Shown here one piece after another: positions 10,900 to 20,209 of a stretch of 64,000 bases of DNA (the first letter of the stretch is position 1; each line of letters opens with the position of its first letter). The stretch is taken from positions 33,725 through 97,724 of the forward strand of contig CAKOYA010000001.1 of assembly GCA_934130325.1 (NCBI GenBank), in the 5' to 3' direction. Source of the DNA: an uncultured Clostridia bacterium (lineage in GTDB: Bacteria > Bacillota > Clostridia > TANB77 > CAG-465). Position numbers and translations under genes: made by a program. The notes under the pieces are model-generated. The model was not told where the DNA came from. It did no database searches and saw only the letters and a list, made by a program, of their open reading frames with translations.

Positions 10900-11888
10900 A
10901 ATTCTATTTCTCCATCTATTATACTATATAATTTTTTTAAAATCATTTGTTTTTCTTCAAATTTATTTTCATATCTATTTACTATACTATAGCGATCTTC
11001 TCTCGGTTTTAAATCTATAAAACTTTTTTCAATTATGTTTTTATTCAATCCATATTTATCAGCTTTTTCAAAAATATTTAATTTTTTTATAGCTTTTACT
11101 ATTTCTGAAACATCTCTATTCTGCATTAATCCCATTGCTAATATTCCAATTGAAACAGACATTCCGTGTGGTACATTTATTATTCTTTCTATTTCCTTTG
11201 CCATTATATGTTCAGAGCCACTTTCTGGTCTTCCTGTTCCATACAAATTAGTTATATATCCTGCTATACCAATAAATTCAAATAATTTAATATTATTTTT
11301 TACTATATCCTCAAATTCATTATTGTTTACAAACTTAATAACATCTTGCAATAATTTTTCTGCCATATTATATATATTGTAATCAATTTTTTCATCTATA
11401 TCTTTTTGAGCAATTTTCCAATCATAAAGAGCTGTATATATTGAGAAAACATCAGCTAGTCCATATATATTTTCTTCTTTTGACAAATTTAACAATTCAT
11501 CATCAATTATTATTGTTTCAGGAATTTTTGCCTCCAAAGTTACTTTTTTGTTTTCTTTTATTAATGCAACTTTATTTGTTGCATATGAATTTGTTGATAA
11601 CATTGTTAGAATACAAGTAAATTTAACATTTAATTTATATGCTATATATTTTCCAATATCAATTGTACTTCCTCCACCATAACTAGTTACTGTTGTTATG
11701 TTTTTATTTTCTTTAATAAACTTTTCTATCTTATCAATGTTTTTGGTAAGATTATGCCAATTAACCATTAAACATTTATTATTATCTATATTATTTTTTT
11801 CAATAGATGTTGGCGAATATATGACTAACTCATTTGGTTTCAAATTTTCAATATATTTTTTACTATTATATTTTTGAATAACCTCCAT
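10893..11888 (-). CDS. iron-containing alcohol dehydrogenase family (glycerol / sn-glycerol-1-phosphate dehydrogenase-like)
   Basis: GGGSTIDIGKYIA nucleotide-binding motif, His-rich metal site HIMAKEIERIINVPHG; 331 aa. Confidence 0.6.
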   Translation of the reverse strand: MEVIQKYNSKKYIENLKPNELVIYSPTSIEKNNIDNNKCLMVNWHNLTKNIDKIEKFIKENKNITTVTSYGGGSTIDIGKYIAYKLNVKFTCILTMLSTNSYATNKVALIKENKKVTLEAKIPETIIIDDELLNLSKEENIYGLADVFSIYTALYDWKIAQKDIDEKIDYNIYNMAEKLLQDVIKFVNNNEFEDIVKNNIKLFEFIGIAGYITNLYGTGRPESGSEHIMAKEIERIINVPHGMSVSIGILAMGLMQNRDVSEIVKAIKKLNIFEKADKYGLNKNIIEKSFIDLKPREDRYSIVNRYENKFEEKQMILKKLYSIIDGEIELC

Positions 11889-11917
11889 AAAATTATTGTT
11901 TTTGATTATATTTCTCC

Positions 11918-13003
11918 TTATAAATATTTTTCTAACTCCTTATTTTCTTGTACCTTTTTTATTAAACTTGGTAATTCTATCATCTTTTCTTGTTCTACTA
12001 TAAGCAAAACATTATTACTTTTTACTATATTTAATCCTCGTGTTCCCGCAATTGCAAAAATCGTATTGTCATCATCATTATATATATTACAAGATTCTAC
12101 ATCTTCTATTACAGAATTACCTTTTATAGTATTATTGTTCTGATCTTTTTCTTGAATTTTAAAAAAATCATTAATACTACCTATATCAAGCCATTCAAAT
12201 TCTCCTTTTATCATTTTTATATTACTTGCTTTTTCAAGTATCCCTTTATCAATAGAAATAGCATCTACTTTTTGATATACTTCTTTCAAGGTATTAATAT
12301 TATTTTTTAAACCATTTATTATTACATCTTTATATTTATATATTTGTGGCAAAAATTTTTGAAAATTATTTAATATTGTAGAAATTTCCCATATAAACAT
12401 TCCACTATTCCAATAGTATTTTCCACTTTCTAAATATTCTTGTGCTTTTATATATATTGGTTTTTCTTTAAATTCTTCTACAATATTGCATTTTAGATTA
12501 TCATCATAATGATATTTTATATATCCAAATCCAGTTGCAGGATATGTAGGCTTTATTCCTATTGTAACCAAATTTTCGTGGCTATTTGCTAAACTAATTC
12601 CTTCTTCGATATTTTTTATTAGTTTTTCTGATTGTTTTATATAATGATCCGAAGCTAAAATGGTCATTGTTCCATTTCCTTTTTGGTTTAATATTTTTAT
12701 AGAAGTATAAAAAATACACATTGCCGTGCTTTTTGACATAGGCTCATAAATAATATTTTCTCTTGGTATTCTATAGTCAATATATCTTTCAGCAAGTTCC
12801 TTTTGTTCTATACTTGTTATTACAAAAATATCATCATATTCAAATAAATTTTCTATTCTTTTTATTGTTTCATTTATCATTATATTATCAGAATATAAAT
12901 TCAAATATTGTTTAGGCTTATTAGTGGTACTAATAGGCCACAAACGACTTCCTTTTCCTCCTGCTAATATTAAAGCGTATCTTTTTTCATTATTATCTTT
13001 CAT
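11918..13003 (-). CDS. manC: mannose-1-phosphate guanylyltransferase (nucleotidyltransferase, no PMI domain)
   Basis: LAGGKGSRLWPISTTNKPKQYL N-terminal signature; 361 aa. Confidence 0.7.
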   Translation of the reverse strand: MKDNNEKRYALILAGGKGSRLWPISTTNKPKQYLNLYSDNIMINETIKRIENLFEYDDIFVITSIEQKELAERYIDYRIPRENIIYEPMSKSTAMCIFYTSIKILNQKGNGTMTILASDHYIKQSEKLIKNIEEGISLANSHENLVTIGIKPTYPATGFGYIKYHYDDNLKCNIVEEFKEKPIYIKAQEYLESGKYYWNSGMFIWEISTILNNFQKFLPQIYKYKDVIINGLKNNINTLKEVYQKVDAISIDKGILEKASNIKMIKGEFEWLDIGSINDFFKIQEKDQNNNTIKGNSVIEDVESCNIYNDDDNTIFAIAGTRGLNIVKSNNVLLIVEQEKMIELPSLIKKVQENKELEKYL

Positions 13004-13574
13004 TATTATCCTCTTTCAACTCTTTTAAGAAATTAACATAAGATTTACTTTGTTTCTTATTTTCCTCTTTTATTATAGCATTATAACCTTTTCTAACATA
13101 ATCATTTATTGTATATTTTTCATAGTTATTTATTGTTTCTAATGTTCTTTTTGATTCCTCAATATTATCAGAAATATGTATTAAATTATCAAAAAAATAG
13201 CCTTCTATTTTAGGTGCATATTCAGTTCTAATTCTTTGTTTTACTTTTCTTGCTTCGATACATTGAATTTTCCCATCAGCACTCTTTTGATACGTTGGAT
13301 TATCTATCTTAAAAACAAATACCACAATTTTTTTATTATCGGTATTCATATTTTTAATTTTGTCATATATATATCCACCCTCGTAAGCCTCTTCATCTCC
13401 TTTATAACAATCTAATACAAATTGTTCATATTTTTCTCCTAGATCCAATACTTTTACTTGTATAACATCTTCCATAATAGCTATTTTTAACATCATTTCT
13501 CTAGCATATTTATTTCCCATATTCCACAATATTCCAATAGGATATTCACTATCATAATTTTTTATTATTTGCAT
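12993..13574 (-). CDS. hypothetical protein (193 aa), translationally coupled upstream of manC
   Basis: ORF only; overlaps manC start by 11 nt; no recognisable motif. Confidence 0.4.
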   Translation of the reverse strand: MQIIKNYDSEYPIGILWNMGNKYAREMMLKIAIMEDVIQVKVLDLGEKYEQFVLDCYKGDEEAYEGGYIYDKIKNMNTDNKKIVVFVFKIDNPTYQKSADGKIQCIEARKVKQRIRTEYAPKIEGYFFDNLIHISDNIEESKRTLETINNYEKYTINDYVRKGYNAIIKEENKKQSKSYVNFLKELKEDNNER

Positions 13575-13741
13575 AGTTTCGCTCCTTTTCTCATTTCACA
13601 TAATATTGTATCATTTTGTTATTGCTTTGTCAATTTTTTCCTGTCCAACTTTATACTGTCGTATAAAAAATTTGTAGACATTCTTTCTATTTTATATTAT
13701 AGTTATTTTTTGTTATCATAACTTTATATTTAAAAATAACA

Positions 13742-14737
13742 TCATGTTATATACTTTCTATGTGAATTTTTCACATTATTCTGATTTACCATTGCATATT
13801 CCATTGTCGTATCTATTTTTATGTGCCCTAATAATTTTTGAACTTGTTCTATTGGCATACCTTTATCAATAGCCATCGTTGCCATTGTTCTTCTAAATTT
13901 ATGTGGATGCACCTTGTTTATGTTTACTTGTTTTCCTAAATTTCTAATAGCAATTTCAATCCTTGATATTCCTAATCTATTATAAGGTTTTATTAATGAC
14001 ACAAATAATGCTTCATTGTTATCCATCCTTGTTTCTAAATATTTCTTTATATACATTTTACTCTTTGCACTAAAATAAACTTCTCTTTCACTATTACCTT
14101 TACCTAAAACAATACAGCTTCTTTATTGAAAATTTATATCAGCTATATTTAATCTAGTAAGTTCTCCAACTCTCATACCAGTTGAAATTAATAGTTCTAA
14201 TATTGCTAAATCTCTTACATTTGAGCAAGTATCTCTTAACCTTTCTAAATTCTCATCTGTTAATGTTTCTTTAACTCTTCTAGTCGTTTTTACTTTGTGA
14301 ATCCTTCTAACTGGACTTTTTACAATATAATCTTCGTTTTCTAACCAGCCAAAGAAACTTGATAATGTTCTTCTTATATTATCTGTTGTTACCATACCTG
14401 CATTTGAATTACTTTTATACTCGGATAAATAGTTTCTTAACGTTTCGGTAGTAATCTCATCTATTGGAAGATTTACAGTATCAAGCATTTTATTTATATT
14501 ATCTCTGTAATAATTTAAAGTTCTTATCGAACAACCTTCAATGTCTTTAGATGATATAAATCTATTCAAAAGTTCTTTATTATTCTTTTGTATTTCTTCC
14601 TTTTGACTTTGTTCTAGTACTTCAATTCTATAATATATGCATATTTCTGTAAGTTTTTCTTTTAGTTTTATTCTTTGGTTGTTGTCTAAAAAATCTGTAG
14701 TTTCATCAACTACTTTTTCAACAAATAACTCTTTCAA
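13742..14737 (-). pseudogene. tyrosine site-specific integrase (XerC/D-like) with an in-frame TAA at 14123-14125
   Basis: N-part ...ISTGMRVGELTRLNIADINFQ then TAA, then the same frame continues RSCIVLGKGNSEREV...HPHKFRRTMAT...LLGHIKIDTTMEYAMVN (R..HxxR..Y catalytic set). Confidence 0.8.
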
Positions 14738-15134
14738 AAAACTCCCCTCCTTCTAAATTTAAATTACTTCTAATTTTGCAATATACAGAACTATACTTAT
14801 ATTATACTATGTTTTTATCGTTTTACATAACTTCTTAAAATGAACAACAAAAATGAGTATATTTAAAGTATATATACCCATTTTTTCATCTATTCCATTC
14901 TATATTTCATTTAAATCCAGAAACACAACCTCAGCGACAACTTACTATTTATTTATTATAATTTTATCTTTTTTCTTGACTTTTTATCTTTAAATAGCTT
15001 ATAATAAATATAGGAAATGACAAATCCACAAACGTGGTTTTGCCGAATTAAGTTTGAAAAAACTCACACCTAACTCGCCAAAGTTACAGATGTGAGCTTT
15101 TTTATTTTTACAGTATATTTTTATCAAATATTTT

Positions 15135-15536
15135 TTAATGCTTATATGCACTATAATTCCAATCATCCCCAATCACATATAAAAGTGATGGACATTTCTT
15201 GGACGGTACTAAAAGCATTCTACATTTTTGTTTATTAAATCTAAATACTATAATTTTACTATCATTTGTTAACCCTAATTCTTTTCTTATTCTTTCATCT
15301 ATTACTACATTTAATTCATATAATGGTAACATCTCATATCCTACTGATTTAGGCTTATTTTGAAAGTCTACCAATCTTACATTTGAAAGTTCCTTAAAGT
15401 TTTCGTATAATTCATATATTATTTCGTTACATTTTTCTTTTGTCTTTTTTATTATTTTTTCTATTGTATATTCTTTTGAATTAACAGAATACTTAAATGA
15501 AAGAATTATATTTTCATCATGTCTACATTCTAGCAT
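15135..15536 (-). CDS. uncharacterised 133-aa protein, candidate PanT-type toxin paired with Panacea antitoxin
   Basis: start overlaps the stop of the DUF4065 gene (15536); no known domain recognised. Confidence 0.45.
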   Translation of the reverse strand: MLECRHDENIILSFKYSVNSKEYTIEKIIKKTKEKCNEIIYELYENFKELSNVRLVDFQNKPKSVGYEMLPLYELNVVIDERIRKELGLTNDSKIIVFRFNKQKCRMLLVPSKKCPSLLYVIGDDWNYSAYKH

Positions 15537-15997
15537 TATATATTGCTATAGTTCTCCTTGAAATAATTTTGTATTGCTCTTTTGTCTATAACATGGTTTC
15601 TGTCTGTTTCTCTCCATGGTGTTTCTTGGTGTGTCATATCTCTTAGTTTCCATGCTGTATATTGTCCAAACCTATCATAAACTTTTTTTAATAATACTTT
15701 AGTATCTTCATCTAATTTATCATCATAATCTTCTTCATATTGTATTCCATTTGATCCAAATATTCTAAATTTATCATATATTTTTCTGATTACTGGTCCA
15801 TGTTCCCATGCTAAAAAATTTTCTTTTATTAAGCTCTCATCATTTTGGGCTAAATAACATCCTTGTGCATAATATAATAACTTTTGCAATTTTAAGTTTG
15901 TTATAAATTCAGAATCTCCAAAATTCATTTGTTTTCTATTTTCATTTAAAAACCAATTTGCAATGTCTATTGCACTATATTTTCCTTTATTGAACAT
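15536..15997 (-). CDS. Panacea-domain (DUF4065, SocA/GepA-like) antitoxin
   Basis: AIDIANWFLNE...ITNLKLQKLLYYAQGCYLA...FLAWEHGPVIRKIYDKF matches the DUF4065 pattern. Confidence 0.8.
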   Translation of the reverse strand: MFNKGKYSAIDIANWFLNENRKQMNFGDSEFITNLKLQKLLYYAQGCYLAQNDESLIKENFLAWEHGPVIRKIYDKFRIFGSNGIQYEEDYDDKLDEDTKVLLKKVYDRFGQYTAWKLRDMTHQETPWRETDRNHVIDKRAIQNYFKENYSNI

Positions 15998-16317
15998 AGA
16001 ATTCCCTACTTCTTTTAGATTTATAATATATTTTTTAACAATAATATATTATATAATAAATTTAGCATTTATTTTCATACATTATAAAACTTTTGTTTGC
16101 TTTTGTCAATAATTTCTATCTTTTTCTTATATATTCTTTATAATATGGTCTGTTTCCTATTACATTATAACATAATGCTTCATAAAATCAATAATTCTTA
16201 ACTAAATTTTTATATAATTTATATTCTTTTAACCATTACTTACATCTAAAATATAATAATCTTATAATATACAAAAATGTCATTTTTTATTGATAAATCA
16301 ACCTTTGTAATTTAGTA

Positions 16318-16390
16318 AGAGATAAGAAGAGCTTTTATCAAAATCAATTCAACCTCAGAAGTTTCAATACTTCCGAGGTTTTTATTTTTG
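16318..16390. repeat. direct repeat copy B (attR-like) of the rpsI 3' end/terminator
   Basis: aagagataagaagagcttttatcaaaatcaattcaacctcagaagtttcaatacttccgaggttttta; even keeps the K-R-stop codons of rpsI. Confidence 0.8.
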
Positions 16391-16493
16391 CTTGCCCTTT
16401 AAATTTAGTAAAAGGTACTATTTTATTATTGTATTATTCAAAACCTCGAAAATTTTAATATTTTACTTAAAATATTAGATTTATATACAAAAT

Positions 16494-16517
16494 ATCCAGT
16501 TCAACTATGAACTGGAT
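16494..16517 (-). terminator. perfect 10-bp inverted repeat atccagttca-acta-tgaactggat with T-run on minus strand (terminator of the 170-aa gene); second copy at 18355-18378
   Basis: palindrome read directly; lies at the duplication boundaries. Confidence 0.6.
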
Positions 16518-16529
16518 ATTTTCCGTTAC

Positions 16530-17042
16530 TTAATTAAGTAAATATTTTTTTACTAGCGCCTTAGAAAGCGCCATTTGAGATTTTTTTGTAAACACAAATT
16601 TGTTTTTTATATCTCCTCCGGTTTCAAATTCCATACCAATCAAAATTTCAACGATTTTAGCATTTATCATTTTCATACCCATTGGATCTTCTGGGTACTG
16701 ATTTATGACCATGTACGGAGTTATATTAAAATCGTCATATATATGATGGTTGTCAATTTTACAAAACGCAAATCCTGCCATCACAATGTCCTCAAGAGTA
16801 TTGTTATAAGTAGGATCAATATCCTTTATGTCAAGCACATCAAATGCTATTCGTACCTGACACCTATTAAGTGAATAATGCGGATCATAGCATACCCTCA
16901 TTGTTCCTATTAATTCCCTTGATTCTTTGCTAAATATCTCCAAATAAACTACAGGTGGAACGTCCTTTGGACGATCGATACACTCTACTGATAAGTAGAT
17001 TTTTCCGAAGTGGTTTAACATTGCAATCCACTCTCCTTTCAA
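16530..17042 (-). CDS. hypothetical protein (170 aa), copy 1
   Basis: ORF; identical copy at 18391-18903. Confidence 0.5.
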   Translation of the reverse strand: MKGEWIAMLNHFGKIYLSVECIDRPKDVPPVVYLEIFSKESRELIGTMRVCYDPHYSLNRCQVRIAFDVLDIKDIDPTYNNTLEDIVMAGFAFCKIDNHHIYDDFNITPYMVINQYPEDPMGMKMINAKIVEILIGMEFETGGDIKNKFVFTKKSQMALSKALVKKYLLN

Positions 17043-17173
17043 AAATAATAATTATATTATATTACGGTAAACTATTTTTGTCAAGTATTTTTAAAAAGAT
17101 CACTAATATTACTGAATTTTTTATAAATAATAAATAGACACTAATTATATAATATAATTAATGTCTACTAATA

Positions 17174-18334
17174 TTATTGTTTATTTTGGGTAGTTGTATT
17201 AGTAATTGTAGAATCATTTCCAAGTGTAACTTCAATTTCTTGTTCCTTAGACGCTCTAACTATCTTTAATTTTATCTTATCACCGATTTTTTTAGTATTT
17301 TTATACTCATTTAATTTTTCCATAGTTTTTGATTCTTGACCATCAATGGCTATGATAATATCACCCTTTTGAATTCCTGCTACTGCTGCAGGTGAATTAG
17401 CATATATCTGTGCCACATAAACACCTTCTGTTAAATTATTTCTCTTAGCAGTAGTTTCATCAATATCAATTCCACCTATACCAATATATGGTCTTTCTAT
17501 CTTTCCTTTTGATATTAATTCGTCAATTACAGTCAGTGCATCATCTGTAGGAATCGCAAATCCTAAGCCTTCAACTTCTGTAGCTCCAATTTTTACTGTA
17601 TTTATTCCAATTACCTCACCTGAAGAATTAACTAATGCACCACCACTGTTTCCTGGATTTATAGCGGCATCTGTTTGTATTAACTTATATGTTCTTCCAT
17701 CAGTTGTAATCTTCCTATTTAAAGCTGATATATATCCAACTGTTACACTACCAGCAAACTCTTGACCTAATGGATTACCTATTGCTACAGCTAATTCTCC
17801 AACTTTTAAATCTGAGGATTTACCAATTTTTGCTGCCTTTAATCCTGTTTTATCTATCTTTATAACTGCTAGATCTGTAGTTTGATCCCCACCAACTATT
17901 GTTGCCTCTACTTCCTCATCCGAATTTGGGAAAGTAACAATAACTTTAGCAGTTGAATTGTTAATAGCAGACTCTATAACATGATAGTTTGTTATTATAT
18001 ACCCATCTTCCTTATATATTATGCCAGATCCTTCTTCATCAGATTCTGAAAGTGAGCCTAAGATATTTTGTGAAATATAATTTACTTTTACACCCACGAT
18101 TGATGGGCCTACATTTTCTGCTATTGCTACTACTGGATTTTCTACACTAGCAAATTCATATGATTTTGTTACTGACCCATCACTAGTTATCTGATTGGTA
18201 TTATTGGTTATTTTATTATCAATAGCAACATATGTAACTAAACTACCAAATACTCCTCCTATTAAAGCTATAATCAATATGACAACAACACTAGGTCCAG
18301 ATTTCTTTTCTTTAAACATAATTTTTTCATCCAT
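17174..18334 (-). CDS. htrA: HtrA/DegP-family serine protease with N-terminal TM anchor and C-terminal PDZ, copy 1
   Basis: catalytic H (ITNYHVIE), D (TDLAVIKID), S (GNSGGALVN); PDZ region GVYVAQIYANSPAAVAGIQKGDIIIAIDG. Confidence 0.9.
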   Translation of the reverse strand: MDEKIMFKEKKSGPSVVVILIIALIGGVFGSLVTYVAIDNKITNNTNQITSDGSVTKSYEFASVENPVVAIAENVGPSIVGVKVNYISQNILGSLSESDEEGSGIIYKEDGYIITNYHVIESAINNSTAKVIVTFPNSDEEVEATIVGGDQTTDLAVIKIDKTGLKAAKIGKSSDLKVGELAVAIGNPLGQEFAGSVTVGYISALNRKITTDGRTYKLIQTDAAINPGNSGGALVNSSGEVIGINTVKIGATEVEGLGFAIPTDDALTVIDELISKGKIERPYIGIGGIDIDETTAKRNNLTEGVYVAQIYANSPAAVAGIQKGDIIIAIDGQESKTMEKLNEYKNTKKIGDKIKLKIVRASKEQEIEVTLGNDSTITNTTTQNKQ

Positions 18335-18390
18335 AAAATTATCCCCTCCTACATATCCAGTTCAACTATGAACTGGATATGTTCTGTTAC

Positions 18391-18903
18391 TTAATTAAGT
18401 AAATATTTTTTTACTAGCGCCTTAGAAAGCGCCATTTGAGATTTTTTTGTAAACACAAATTTGTTTTTTATATCTCCTCCGGTTTCAAATTCCATACCAA
18501 TCAAAATTTCAACGATTTTAGCATTTATCATTTTCATACCCATTGGATCTTCTGGGTACTGATTTATGACCATGTACGGAGTTATATTAAAATCGTCATA
18601 TATATGATGGTTGTCAATTTTACAAAACGCAAATCCTGCCATCACAATGTCCTCAAGAGTATTGTTATAAGTAGGATCAATATCCTTTATGTCAAGCACA
18701 TCAAATGCTATTCGTACCTGACACCTATTAAGTGAATAATGCGGATCATAGCATACCCTCATTGTTCCTATTAATTCCCTTGATTCTTTGCTAAATATCT
18801 CCAAATAAACTACAGGTGGAACGTCCTTTGGACGATCGATACACTCTACTGATAAGTAGATTTTTCCGAAGTGGTTTAACATTGCAATCCACTCTCCTTT
18901 CAA
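18391..18903 (-). CDS. hypothetical protein (170 aa), copy 2
   Basis: identical to 16530-17042. Confidence 0.5.
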   Translation of the reverse strand: MKGEWIAMLNHFGKIYLSVECIDRPKDVPPVVYLEIFSKESRELIGTMRVCYDPHYSLNRCQVRIAFDVLDIKDIDPTYNNTLEDIVMAGFAFCKIDNHHIYDDFNITPYMVINQYPEDPMGMKMINAKIVEILIGMEFETGGDIKNKFVFTKKSQMALSKALVKKYLLN

Positions 18904-19034
18904 AAATAATAATTATATTATATTACGGTAAACTATTTTTGTCAAGTATTTTTAAAAAGATCACTAATATTACTGAATTTTTTATAAATAATAAATAGAC
19001 ACTAATTATATAATATAATTAATGTCTACTAATA

Positions 19035-20195
19035 TTATTGTTTATTTTGGGTAGTTGTATTAGTAATTGTAGAATCATTTCCAAGTGTAACTTCAATTTC
19101 TTGTTCCTTAGACGCTCTAACTATCTTTAATTTTATCTTATCACCGATTTTTTTAGTATTTTTATACTCATTTAATTTTTCCATAGTTTTTGATTCTTGA
19201 CCATCAATGGCTATGATAATATCACCCTTTTGAATTCCTGCTACTGCTGCAGGTGAATTAGCATATATCTGTGCCACATAAACACCTTCTGTTAAATTAT
19301 TTCTCTTAGCAGTAGTTTCATCAATATCAATTCCACCTATACCAATATATGGTCTTTCTATCTTTCCTTTTGATATTAATTCGTCAATTACAGTCAGTGC
19401 ATCATCTGTAGGAATCGCAAATCCTAAGCCTTCAACTTCTGTAGCTCCAATTTTTACTGTATTTATTCCAATTACCTCACCTGAAGAATTAACTAATGCA
19501 CCACCACTGTTTCCTGGATTTATAGCGGCATCTGTTTGTATTAACTTATATGTTCTTCCATCAGTTGTAATCTTCCTATTTAAAGCTGATATATATCCAA
19601 CTGTTACACTACCAGCAAACTCTTGACCTAATGGATTACCTATTGCTACAGCTAATTCTCCAACTTTTAAATCTGAGGATTTACCAATTTTTGCTGCCTT
19701 TAATCCTGTTTTATCTATCTTTATAACTGCTAGATCTGTAGTTTGATCCCCACCAACTATTGTTGCCTCTACTTCCTCATCCGAATTTGGGAAAGTAACA
19801 ATAACTTTAGCAGTTGAATTGTTAATAGCAGACTCTATAACATGATAGTTTGTTATTATATACCCATCTTCCTTATATATTATGCCAGATCCTTCTTCAT
19901 CAGATTCTGAAAGTGAGCCTAAGATATTTTGTGAAATATAATTTACTTTTACACCCACGATTGATGGGCCTACATTTTCTGCTATTGCTACTACTGGATT
20001 TTCTACACTAGCAAATTCATATGATTTTGTTACTGACCCATCACTAGTTATCTGATTGGTATTATTGGTTATTTTATTATCAATAGCAACATATGTAACT
20101 AAACTACCAAATACTCCTCCTATTAAAGCTATAATTAATATGACAACAACACTAGGTACAGACTTCTTTTCTTTAAACATAATTTTTTCATCCAT
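19035..20195 (-). CDS. htrA: HtrA/DegP-family serine protease, copy 2 (G12V relative to copy 1)
   Basis: identical to copy 1 except KKSVPS vs KKSGPS. Confidence 0.9.
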   Translation of the reverse strand: MDEKIMFKEKKSVPSVVVILIIALIGGVFGSLVTYVAIDNKITNNTNQITSDGSVTKSYEFASVENPVVAIAENVGPSIVGVKVNYISQNILGSLSESDEEGSGIIYKEDGYIITNYHVIESAINNSTAKVIVTFPNSDEEVEATIVGGDQTTDLAVIKIDKTGLKAAKIGKSSDLKVGELAVAIGNPLGQEFAGSVTVGYISALNRKITTDGRTYKLIQTDAAINPGNSGGALVNSSGEVIGINTVKIGATEVEGLGFAIPTDDALTVIDELISKGKIERPYIGIGGIDIDETTAKRNNLTEGVYVAQIYANSPAAVAGIQKGDIIIAIDGQESKTMEKLNEYKNTKKIGDKIKLKIVRASKEQEIEVTLGNDSTITNTTTQNKQ

Positions 20196-20209
20196 AAAAT
20201 TATCCCCTC

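Larger units (their letters stand above)
6075..16390. mobile_element. ~10.3-kb integrated genomic island at the rpsI 3' end (integrase-associated, flanked by ~70-bp direct repeats)
   Basis: flanking imperfect direct repeats, tyrosine integrase (with nonsense codon), TA module, sugar-nucleotide/glycosyltransferase cargo. Confidence 0.7.
16492..18352. repeat. tandem duplication unit 1 (1861 bp)
   Basis: 16492-18352 and 18353-20213 are near-identical; the encoded proteins are identical or differ by one residue. Confidence 0.9.
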
